From contig JBFMGU010000017.1 of NCBI GenBank assembly GCA_040752415.1, positions 1 through 64,000 of the forward strand: a DNA stretch of 64,000 nucleotides, in the 5' to 3' direction. Source of the DNA: Myxococcota bacterium. GTDB lineage: Bacteria; Myxococcota; JACRCW01. Both the position numbers and the translations under genes were made by a program. The notes beneath the pieces were generated by a model. It was not told the DNA's origin and did no database searches. It saw nothing but the letters and a program-made list of their open reading frames with translations. Shown piece by piece: positions 1-11,000 of this stretch. Within the stretch, counting starts at the first letter, position 1. Every line of letters starts with the position of its first letter.

Positions 1-108
1 GGCGCTGCGAGGCACGCTTGGGCTCAACTCGCCGGTGACGACGACGCTTCTTCAACTCCAGCCGGGACAGCCGGATACGCCAGATTTTGTCGATGCTGTC
101 CAAAGCGG

Positions 109-313
109 CTCGCCGCCCTGGCCAGCGTCGAGTGGGTTCCGGCCGTGCCGATGGTCCACCAAGCGCAGCGGCGGTGCATTCGGGTCGTCGAGAAGTCCCG
201 GGCTCCGCGATCTTGCCGTTGAGGACACGCTCGACACTGGCCAGGGGCGGCGAGGGCCCGCCGCACTCCAGGTTGTGGCCCGCTCACGACGTCTGCAATG
301 CCGATGGGCATCT
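109..313. repeat. Partial, oppositely oriented copy of the ~260-bp REP-doublet/MITE-like element at 60918-61177
   Basis: Aligns by eye to the reverse complement of 60918-61120 (ctcgccgccctggccagcg...gtcgtcgaRRagtcccgggctccgc...gccgttga...ggcggcgagggcc(c)gccgcactccaggtYgtggcccgctcacgacgtc). The left arm is truncated. Confidence 0.85.
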
Positions 314-329
314 TGCTCTGGCGCGGTCC

Positions 330-1130
330 CTACCCCGCCGGCGGCCGTTCCTCCGACGAGCCGCGCAGCCGGTGGCTCATGGGATAGGTGGCGCGGCGCA
401 GCTCATGGGCAAACCCGCGCGGGATGACGCCGCGGCCGGCGTTGAACGGATAGAACGTCACGTCCTGGTCGGAGATGTCCGCGCGGTTCTGCAGGTGCAG
501 GTCCACCAGCGGCAACCAGGCGATGTGCCCCATGAGACGGCATTCCAGGCGGAACACGGCGAGGTGCTCCGAGGTGGCACGCTCCAGGCGGTAGCGACGA
601 CTCCCCGAGAAACGCACCGGGTCGGGCACCACGCGGAACTCCACCAGGCCCACCCCCTCCACCTGGAATGGCGAGGTGGCGTAGTAGTGGTTGGAGAGGA
701 AGTCGTGCTGGTTCGTCGTCAGGAACGCAAACGGGATGCGCTTGAGGTTGCGCGCGGTGACGAACAGCAGGTCCTGGTCGGTGGGCTTGGCCGCGGCGGC
801 GGGCAGGTGATCGCCGCCAAAGCGGATGGCCACGCCCAGCAGGTCCGGCCACTCCCGTGCGCCCTTCCACCACCCGCCGGAGACGCGGACCAGGGCGCGA
901 CCCTGCAGTCGCTGCGCCAGGGGAGCCAGCGGTCCCCGCGCGGTGGCGGGCCGGACCGCGGCTTCAAACAAGATGCCCTCCGGGTGGAACAGCCGCGCAC
1001 CGCGCACGCGACTGCCCAACGCGAACAGCGGTCCCACCAGCGTGCCCGCCAGGCGGCCCAGCTGCTCGGACAGGCCCGGCGTGGGGCGTGAGCGCGTCGA
1101 TTTCTCGTCGTCCAGGGCCCAGCTTCCCAT
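330..1130 (-). CDS. Catalase-like (catalase-related fold) hypothetical protein
   Basis: R-x-F-H-P-x-G motif, 'LVRVS', 'PDLLGVAIRF', 'QDLLF' and 'FYPFN' resemble short catalase-related proteins. ATG at 1130 has a GAGG RBS. Confidence 0.6.
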   Translation of the reverse strand: MGSWALDDEKSTRSRPTPGLSEQLGRLAGTLVGPLFALGSRVRGARLFHPEGILFEAAVRPATARGPLAPLAQRLQGRALVRVSGGWWKGAREWPDLLGVAIRFGGDHLPAAAAKPTDQDLLFVTARNLKRIPFAFLTTNQHDFLSNHYYATSPFQVEGVGLVEFRVVPDPVRFSGSRRYRLERATSEHLAVFRLECRLMGHIAWLPLVDLHLQNRADISDQDVTFYPFNAGRGVIPRGFAHELRRATYPMSHRLRGSSEERPPAG

Positions 1131-1233
1131 CACCACCTCGCGGGTCTGTTGCGTGAAGGAAGATATGATTCCGTCACGCAGCAGCAAGGCGTGGCAGGCC
1201 GCATGACATCCCGGAACTCCGGGCGGAGGCAGC

Positions 1234-2049
1234 GTGGACAGGGACCAGTGCCACCGTTTCCTCGCCGAGAACGTGCCGCGCATGGGTCTGCGTTGGCAGG
1301 GTTACCGTCGCGTCTCCGGACAGGTGTGCAAGCGCCTCTCCCGACGCATCCACGAGCTGGGCCTGACGGGCCTCTCGGACTACTCCGACCATCTCCAGCA
1401 CCACCCCGACGAGTGGCGCGTGTTGGAGGCGTTGTGCCGGATCACGGTCAGCCGCTTCTACCGTGACCGTGACGTGTTCAATCACCTCGTCGACGTGGAG
1501 ATTCCCGCGCTGGCCACGCAGGCGTGTGAAGCAGGTCGCACCACACTGCGTGCCTGGTCGGCGGGTTGTGCCTCCGGGGAGGAGCCCTACACGCTGGCCA
1601 TCCTCTGGAAGCTGGCGCTGCAGCCGCGCTTCCCCACGCTTTCCCTCGACGTGACGGCCACCGACGCCAACCCGCAGGTGCTCGCCCGCGCCCGCGCCGC
1701 GCGTTTCCTCCCGGCCAGCTACAAGGAGCTGCCCACCGCCTGGCGCAAGCCCGCGTTCGAGAAAGACGGCACGGTGCGGCAGCCGTTCCGGGAGCTGGTC
1801 TCGTTCACGGAGCAGGACATCCGGCAGGCCTGGCCGGCGGGCCCGTTTGACCTGGTGCTGTGTCGCAACCTGGTGTGCACGTATCTCGACGAGCGCGAGC
1901 AGGTGCGCGTGCTGTCCGAGGTGCTGGCGCGGCTCCGCCCCGACGGAGTGCTGGTCATCGGGCGGGAGGAGAGCCTGCCGCGCGAGCTGACAGGTCTCGT
2001 CGAGACGGTGCCGGGACTGCGCGTGTACCGACGGGATCAGGGCTTGTAG
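1234..2049 (+). CDS. cheR: CheR-family protein-glutamate O-methyltransferase
   Basis: 'ITVSRFYRD', 'AWSAGCASGEEPYTLA', 'FDLVLCRNL', 'GVLVIGREESL'. GGAGG RBS before GTG. Confidence 0.9.
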   Translation: MDRDQCHRFLAENVPRMGLRWQGYRRVSGQVCKRLSRRIHELGLTGLSDYSDHLQHHPDEWRVLEALCRITVSRFYRDRDVFNHLVDVEIPALATQACEAGRTTLRAWSAGCASGEEPYTLAILWKLALQPRFPTLSLDVTATDANPQVLARARAARFLPASYKELPTAWRKPAFEKDGTVRQPFRELVSFTEQDIRQAWPAGPFDLVLCRNLVCTYLDEREQVRVLSEVLARLRPDGVLVIGREESLPRELTGLVETVPGLRVYRRDQGL

Positions 2050-5000
2050 ACGAACACGCTGTTGATGAGGAACGAGTCATCCCAGATGGCGCGTCCCGAC
2101 GGGTCCACCAGCACGGTGCCCTTCTCCGAGAAGTGGTGCGTGAGCTGGGTGCTGATGCCGGTGAGGATGTCGTGCGAGAGGACCTGCAGGCCGCCGCCGG
2201 CGGAGGGCTCCGCGACGTAGATCATCTTGTCGCCCGCCAGGCGGTGCTCGTAGACCACCAGCTCGCCCACCGGCATGACGGTGTCGCGGGTGTCGTCGAT
2301 GTCGTTGAAGACGTTGTTGAAGGAATTCACGATGACGTTGGCGCTCGCGGTGCCGTCGTAGAACACCACCCGCGTGCCGCCCACGTTGGCGTGCAGCGCC
2401 CTGTCATACGGCACCCCGCCCCCGTTGTTGAGCAACAGCGCCGCGGTGTCATTGCCGTTGCCAAAGACCCCGTCGGTGGAGCTGTAGATGGCCACGTTCT
2501 GGTTGACGGCGTCGGGGCGGTAGTCCCAGACCGCGTGGTAGCGAGAGATGGAGGCGGAACCGAAGCTGTCGCACTTGTTGAAGGCGCCCTGGATGTTGGA
2601 GACGGTGGTGGGCGTCAGCAGGCTGTTGGAGGGACTGCCCGGCTCCAGCACGGTCAAGCGGCAGTTCCCGGTGGTGGTGTTGCGCGTGACGATGAGGCCG
2701 CGGCCCTCGTTGGCGGTGACGCGCATCAGTTCCTCGTTGGCGGGGAGGGTGAAGACCTGGACCGGGTCGGGGTCGTCGTTGTCAAACCAGTACTGGTTGG
2801 GGCCGGCGTTGTAGACCGCCACCCCGGCGGTGTTGGCCACCAGCAGGTCCCCGTCGGTGGCGGCAAATGGCGCGTTCCCCGGCTGCACGTTCACCAACAC
2901 CGAGCCGCGCGTGGGCGAGCCCGTGGTGGCCACCGGCCAGCGCGTCTCCTTGCCGTCGGGTTGCCGCGCCACCACCTTGTCGTTGTCCCACGCCACCATC
3001 ACACCGCGTCCGTTGAGCACCGGGTTGCTCAGGTAGACGGCCTCCCAGTGCATGTTGCTGAGGTTGTGCGCCACCAGGTCCCCCACGTGCGGGTCGCCGT
3101 AGGTGGAGATGACCACGCCGTTGTGGAGCTGCGGGTCGGTCAGGGTCACGCTGCCCACCGTGGTGACGTCGTAGGTGTCGTCCCCCGCGCCCTTGAAGAC
3201 GGCGTCGCCGGCCGCGTCCCAGTCCAGGAGGCTGCTGACGCCATTGCCGTCCTGGATCACCGCCACGGCGTGCACTCCGTCAATGGAGATGCCGGAGACC
3301 ACGCGGTCGTCGGGGCGGTTGATCGACGCCACCTCGTCGTTGGCGTTGCCGTAGATGGGATCCGCGCCGGCGGAGCGGATGGTGCACGTGGCGCCCGGAC
3401 CGGCCTCGTTCTGGTTGCTCGCCGTGAAGAGCATGGTGCCGTCGCGGGAGATGGCGGCGTACCAGGCGTTGAAGGTGTAGTCGGAGGTGCCGCCGGCGGG
3501 CGCGTAGTAGCGCAGGAGCCACTTCATGCAGCCCTCCTCGCCAGGCCCAAGCGGGCCGGATGCCGCCGGGCAGCCCACGGGATCGTCGGAGGAGCCGGTG
3601 ACCCACAACGCGTAGCGGCCGCCGCTGGTGAGACGCGCGCGGTGACCCAGACCCACGGCGTCGGGCTGCGGGGTGGTGGTGCCGCCGTTGACGTAGAAGA
3701 CCCTCTTGGTGTCGGCGGTGGCGCCGGTGCTGACGTCGCGCTCCATGAACACCACGTTGGAGTCACCAATCGTCGCCACCGAGGCCACGCGGAAGTTGGC
3801 GGGTGGGTTGCGCACCAGGGTGATGGTGTCGTCGCCGGTGCAGTAGGTGCCGTCCGTGCCGGGCTGGCGCATCATCAGCCGGTTCGTGGCGCCGTTCTTC
3901 TCGACGTAGAAGAAGCGGTCGCGGCCAATGGCGGACGCGGCCTCCAGGTACAGGTTGGTGTCCTCGCCGTAGGGCCGCGGGTCCGCGCCGGTGTCGATGT
4001 TGCAGTACGCCGCCGCCTCACCACGACGGTCGGGCTTCATCTGCGCCAGTCGCACGAATTGGTTGTCCAGGTAGCTGAGGAAGGTGCCCACCTGGCGCGG
4101 GAAGTTCTGCGCACCCAGGCGGGCGCTCATGACGCTCATGCCTTCCGCGGTGATGTTGACCGCCGCGCCGTCGCCCACGTTGCCGGCCAGGTCCACCGCG
4201 CGCACCGCCACGCGATTGGTGCCGGGAGTCAGCGTGGCCCGGAAGGACCGCAGCGAGAACGTGCTGGTGCCGGTGACGACGTTGTACTGCTCCGCGCAGC
4301 TGATGCGGTTGTCATTGCGACACTCGCAGCTCTCCGCGCACGGGTTCCAGGTGTCGCCGTTCTCGTAGCAGTCCGCGTCGGTGGTGTTGCACAGCGGCGC
4401 AAAGCCGGATCCCAGGTCCACTTCCAGGTACGCCACGCCCTTGTAGGGCGACGCGGTGCCACCCAGCGGGGCATCCGTGGCGCCGCTCTGCACGAAGATG
4501 TCCACCACGTCGGCGCGCACCGTGAGCAGCGTGCTGTCGTAGACCGGCTCGATGCTGGGGGCTTCCGGCGCGCTGAGGTCGGAGATGATGCCCACCACAC
4601 TGGGCGTGGCGTTCTCGTTGCCCGCGCCGTCCACCGCCCAGGCGAACAGCCAGGTCTTTTCACCCGAGGCCAGGGACAGCGCGAACGTCGACGCCGTGGT
4701 GGAGCGGCTGGTGCAGGAGGCCGGCGGTGCGGTGTCGGTGGGGTTGGAGGCCACGGCGGTACAGATCTCGTAGTGATCGAAGTTCTCGTCGTCCTCCGAG
4801 CCGCTCAGCGTCACCGAGGTGGTGGTGGCGTCCACGTAGACGCGCGGCGTGGAAATGCTCGGCGCGTCCGGCGCAATCCCGTCATGCGTCACCGTCACGG
4901 AGCTGGCCACGCCGGTGTTGCCCGACCAGTCCCGCCCGCGCACCCACAACACGTTGCTGCCGTTGGCGGTGAGCGTGAAGGTGAAGGGCGGTGTGTCGTC

Positions 5001-8000
5001 GGAGCCGAACCAGGTGGGCGGCGTGCCCACGCCCAGCTGGTAGTCGCGGAAGTTGGAGAGCGGGGAGGTCGCGTCGGTGGCGGCGGTGCCCAGCGGGACG
5101 TCGACGGTGGCGGTGTTGACCAACGTGTCGAACGAACCGAAGGCCAGTGCGCTGGGCGCCACGGTGTCGGTGCAGGTGCACGGGTCTGCCACGCCGGTGC
5201 CGCCGGGCTGGACGGTGATGGCGGCCAGGTCCTCGCACGCGCGGTCGGTGGAGCTGACGGTGACCTCGAAGCGGCCCGGCGGCAGGTTGGCGGTGGACCA
5301 CGTCCCGTCGGCGGCGGTGACCGCGCTGGCGGTGAAAGTGGCGCCGTTGAACGTGGTGCCGCTCAGGGAGACCGTGGCGCCCGCGCTGCTGGCGTTGGGG
5401 CCGCCGTTGTTCACGTTGTCGTCGAGCACCACGGTGCCACGGGCGCTGCCCGCGTCCACCGGCAGGGTGAGGTTGCCCACGGTGGTGGTGGTGTTGCCCA
5501 CCACGGTGACCGAGGCGTTCTGCGTGACGAAGTTGGGCTTGGAGGCGGTCACGGTGTACGCGCTGCCGCTGAGGCTGACCGGCACACCTTCCATGCGCCA
5601 GTTGCCCGACGCGTCGGTGACGACGGACGGGACCGGGGTGAGCGTGCCGCCGAGCGTGATGACGATGCCGGAGTGGTCGCTTCCCAGCGTCAGGCCCGTC
5701 ACGGTGCCGGCGGAGAGCACCGCGTTGCCCTGCAGCGCCCCGCGCGACACGGTCAGCGTGACGGTGCTGGCCGTGACCGCGGTGTCGACGGGAACGGCGA
5801 TGCCCGCCAGCGTCTGCGGGTCGTACGCGGTCTTGCTGAAGGTGAGCGAGTAGGTGCCCTGCTTGAGGCCGGTGAGGCTGTAGCTGCCCGTGCCGTTGCT
5901 CGTTGTCGACGCGGTGACGCTGGCGCCGTTGAGGTCGGTGCCGGTGAGACTGACGGTGACCCCGTTGGGCGTGCCCGCGCCCACCGCCACCGTGCCGGAG
6001 ATGGACGCGCCGGTACTGGGCGAGATGGTGATGGCGGCGACGGTGGTGGTGGTGTCGGCGGTGACGGCGAAGGAAGCCGAGCTCTGCGAGGTGTAGCCCG
6101 CGCGAGAGGCGGTGGCGGAGTACCCCGTGCCGGTGCGGGCGCCGGAGACGCGCCACGCGCCGGTGGCGTCGGTGACGGTGGAGAAGGTCTCCGGGCCGCT
6201 GACGGTGACCACGGTTCCCGACGGGTCGCCCGCCCCGGTGGCGGACACCGTGCCCTGGATGTCGCCGCGGGACAGGTCCAGCCGCACCGCTCCGGCGGTC
6301 GCCGCCGCGCCGCTGGAGATGTGCACGGCCACGCCGCTGACGTCGTCATAGCCGCTGGACGAGTAGCTGAGCTGGTAGTCGCCGGCCACCAGCGAGGAGA
6401 AGGTGTACGCGCCCGCGGAGGTGGTGGTGGCGGAGAGGTTGACCGCCTGGCCGCGGAAGTCGCTGCCGACGAGGGACACGGTGATGCCCGCGTGGTTGGT
6501 GGTGCCTTCCAGCGTGGCGGTGCCGGTGAGCGCGGCGGTGGCAATGACGTTGAGCGTGACCGCGCTGAGGGTGACGGTGGCGTTGCGCGTCACGGTCACT
6601 GGACCGCTGGCGGACTGGTAGTCGGGCGCCTTGGTGGCGGTGATGGTCTGGCTCCCCTCGTCGACGCCGGTGAGGAAGAAGTTGCCCAGCGCGTCGGTGA
6701 CGGTGCTGATGCCCGCCACGGTGACCACCACGCCCTCGTGGCTGCTGGCGCCCTGGAGCACGTACTGGCCGCTCACGCTGCCAAACACGCGCGAGACGGG
6801 GATGACGCCCAGGTCCAGCGTGGTGTCGGCGGCCACGAAGACGCCGCGCGACGACGCTCCCTGCAGGCCGGTGCCGGTGTACTCCAGGTTGTAGGTGCCT
6901 TCCTTGAGGCTGCTGAACGCGAACGCGCCGCCGGCGGCGGTGGTGAAGCTGTCGCTGACCGGGGAACCGTTGAGGTCATTGCCGCTCAGCGTGATGGTCA
7001 CGCCGGAGCCGTCCCCGGTCTCGGCGGCGATGGTGCCGAGCAGTGACGCGTTGGTGCTGGGGGAGATGGTGATGGGCCCCACGGTGGTGGCGGTGTTGGC
7101 CACGACGGAGAACGCGCTGGTGACCGGGGTGTAGCCGCGGCGCTGCGCCGTCACGCTGTAGCCCGTGCCCACCCGCAGGCCGGGGATGCGCCAGGCCCCG
7201 GTGGCGTCGGTGAGCGTGGACGCGCGCTCCGGTCCGTCGACGTTGACCACGGTGCCGGAGAGGTCGGCGGCCCCGGTGGCGTTGACCACACCACCCGCCT
7301 CTCCGCGGGAGATGGCCAGGCCCACCGGCGGCGCGGTGATGGTGCTGCTGCTGCTGACGTGCACGGGGACGCCGGCCACCGCGTCGTAGCCGGTGGCGGA
7401 GAAGGCCAGCTGGTAGTCGCCGGCGCGCAGCGCGGTGAAGCTGAAGGAGCCGTCGGTGGCGGTGGTGGCGGTGACGCCGGTGATCACCACGCCGCGGAAG
7501 TCCACGCCGCTGAGCGTGACGGCGGTGCCCGCGTGGTCGGTGGCGCCCTCCAGGTTGGCCACGCCGGTGACGGTGGCGTTGCTGAGCGGAGCCAGCGTGA
7601 TGGTCCCCGTCGCGGTGGTGCTGTCACGGGTGATGGTGATGGCGCGCGTGTCCGCCACCCAGTCCGGCGCCTTGCTCACGGTGAGCGTGTGGTTCCCCTC
7701 GGGGATGGCCAGCAGCGTGAACGCGCCGGTCCCGTCGGTGACGGCGCTCTGGCCGCCCACGGACACCAGCGCGCCGGAGTGATCGGAAGCGCCCTGCAGC
7801 ACCACCTGGCCGGAGGCCCGACCGCGCGCCAGGGCGAGCACCACCGTCTGCAAGGTGACCGACGCGTTGGCCGCCACCGTGAAGCCGCGGATGGCCGTGC
7901 CCACGTGCGCGTTCCGGTTGTGCTCCACGGAGTACACGCCTTCGCGCAGGTTGTTGAACTGGTAGTCCCCGGTGGCGCTGGTGACCGTGCTGTCGACGAC

Positions 8001-11000
8001 GGAGGTGCCATTGAGATCGGTGCCGGTCAGCGTCACCTGGATGCCCGCGTGGTTGCCGTCCTCCGCCTGCGCCACACCAACGATGGACGCGCCGGTGGCG
8101 GCGGTGATGGTGAGCGACGGCGCGGTGACGGTGGCGTTGGCGTCGATCACGAACGCACCCGACGTGACGCCGGTGTAGCCGCGACGCAGCGTGGTGACGG
8201 TGTATCCGCTGCCCGCGCGCAGGTTGAAGATGCGCCACGCGCCGGAGGGGTCGGTGATGGCGGAGGCGGAGTCCGGTCCCGTGACGGTGACAATGGTGCC
8301 CGACGAGTCCGTGGCGCCGGAGGCGGTCACCACGCCCTCGACGTGGCCGCGCGCCACCGTGAGCTGCACGGGCAGGGCGGTGATGGTGGCGGCGGCCAGC
8401 ACGCGGACGGCCTGCCCCGACGGAGGAAGGAACCCGGTGTTGCTGAAGGACAGCTGGTAGTCGCCGGACGCCAGCCCCGTGAAACTGTAGTCACCGGTGG
8501 TTCCCGTCGTGGTGGAGCGGCTCACCGCCACGCCGCGGAAGTCGGAGCCCAGCAGCGTCACCACGGTGCCGGCGTGATCGGAGGCGCCTTCCAACGTGGC
8601 GGAGCCGGTGACGGTGGACGTGGCCACCACCGGGAGCGTGAGGGTTCCCGTCGACGTGGCGGTGTCGCGACTGACCGTGACGCTGGTGCTCTGCGACTGC
8701 CAATCCGCGCCCTTGCTGGCGGTGAGCGTGTAGCTGCTCACCGGCACGCCGCGGAGGCTGAAGTTGCCCGCGCTGTCGGTGAACGTGGAGAGGCTCCCGG
8801 CCAGCGCCACCTGGACGCCGGAATGATCGGTCATGCCCTGCAAGAGCACCTGTCCGGTGAGGTCACCGCGGGCCAGCGCCAAAGCCACGTCGGGGACCGT
8901 CACGGTCGCGCCCGCCGTTACGGGAAGGCCAAGCGTGTTGGCCAGCTGGTAGCCGGTCCTGTCGTAGCGGAGGTTGTAGGTGCCCTGCTTGAGCGCGTTG
9001 AAGCCATAGGAGCCGTCGACGCCGGTGACGGCGGACGCGTTGACCGGCGCGCCGTTGAGGTCGTTGCCGGACAGCGTGATGGTGATGCCGCTGTGGTCGG
9101 TGGCGCCTTCCAGCGTGGCCACGCCGTTGATGGCGGCGGTGGTGCTGGGCGCAATGGTGAGCGCCGGCGCGGTGGTGACGGCGTTGGCTACCACGTTGAA
9201 GGGCGCGGACGAGGTGGAGGCGTAACCCTCGCGCTGCGCGGTGACGACGTAGCCGGTGGCCGCGCGCACGTTCTGGAGGCGCCACGCGCCGGTGTCGTCG
9301 GTGAAGGTGGAGGAGGACTCCGCGCCGCTGAGTGTCACCAGCGTGCCCGCGGCCGACGGCGTGCCGGTGGCGGTGACCACGCCCTCGACGGTGCCGCGGG
9401 AGACACGCAGCGTGACCGGCGAGAGCGCGGTGATGGCGCCGGTGTTCACGCGCGCGCTGGTGCTGGCCAGGGCGTCAAAGCCGGTGTGGCTGAAGGACAG
9501 CTCGTAGTTGCCCGCCACCAGGCCACTCAGCTCGAAGCTGCCGTCGGTGCCGGTGGTGGTGGTGAGACTGACGGGGAGGTTGCGCACGTCGACACCGGTC
9601 AAGGTCACCGACGTCAACGCGTGGTCCACCGCTCCTTCCAGCAGCGCGCGACCCCGCACCACGCCGCTGTCCACCACCTCCAGCGTCTGCGTGCTGGCCA
9701 CGGTGGTGATGTCGCCCGTCACCGTGATGACCTCGGTCACCGACGTGAAATCCGGGGCACGGCTGGCGCGGAGCGTGTAGGTGCCGCCGGGCACGTCTTC
9801 GATTCGGAAGCTGCCGTTGGCGCCGGTGAGCGCCACCTGGCCGGTCTCCTCGACGCTCACCAGGATTCCCGACGCGTCGCTCATGCCCTCCAGCGCGTAG
9901 GTGCCGCGCACCGCGCCGCGGGCCACCAACAGGGTCACCGCCGGCACCGTCGTCACGCTGTTCGCATCCACGCGCACCACGGCGAGCTCCGCGTAGTAAC
10001 GCACGTCGAGGGAACCGGTGACGCGGGCCTGCAGCGTGTAGGTTCCCGCGGGAATGCCGGTCAGCGACCAGTTGCCGTTGTCGTCGGGCGTGGTCTGGTA
10101 CTGCGTGCCCAGCAGCACCACCTGCGCCAGCGTGGGGCTCTCCTCGTCCTCCAGCACCACCACGCCCTGGAGATCACCGCGCAACAGCGGGAGCTGCGTG
10201 GTGGGGGCGGAGACCACCGTGTTGTCCAGCACGTCGACGGAGGCGGTGGTCACCGTGTCGTAGCCCGCGCGCGAGAGGCGGAGCTGGTAGCTGCCGGTGG
10301 GAATGCTGCGCAGCGCGTAGTCGCCGCTGGCGCCGGTGACGGCGGCCGCGGAGGTGCCGAGCAGCTCCACCAGGATTCCGCCCGCATCCGCGCTGCCTTC
10401 CAAGGTGGCCGGGCCCGTCAGGTCGCCGCGACGACGCTGCAGCGTCACGTTGGGGAGCGTCACGGTGGCGCCGGCGGTCATGCTCACCGGGAGCTGCACC
10501 GGGCGGAAGTTGTTGTTCGCGCCGCTGCCAAGCCGGATCTCCACGACGTGATTGCCGGAGGGAACACCGGTGATGCGGTAGAAGCCGTCGGCACCGACGC
10601 TGGCCGTGAGCTGGCTGCCCAGCACGTTGGCCTCCGCCACCGACGGGGAGGAACCGTCTTCCAGGGAGACCACGCCGGCCACGACGCCCGTGGTGTCGAG
10701 GGTGGCGCCGTCCTGCACGATGTCCGTGGCATTGCCCGCGGCGTCACGGAAGCGCGCGTAGACCGTCTTGGGACCATCTCCCGACGGGAACGTCACCGAC
10801 CAGGTGGGGTTGTAGGGCTGCCACGCCGCGGTGCCGAGGGTGCTGTCCAGGCCCACCTGCATCTCCGTGGCGCCTTCCGCGGAGAGGTCCACAGGTTGCG
10901 TGGTGGCGCGGATGACGTCGAGCCCCCCGGCCAGCGTGACGGAGGGATTGGCGGGAGGCTGCGTGTCGTACTCGGCGGTGAGGGTGACCACCTCGGTCTC

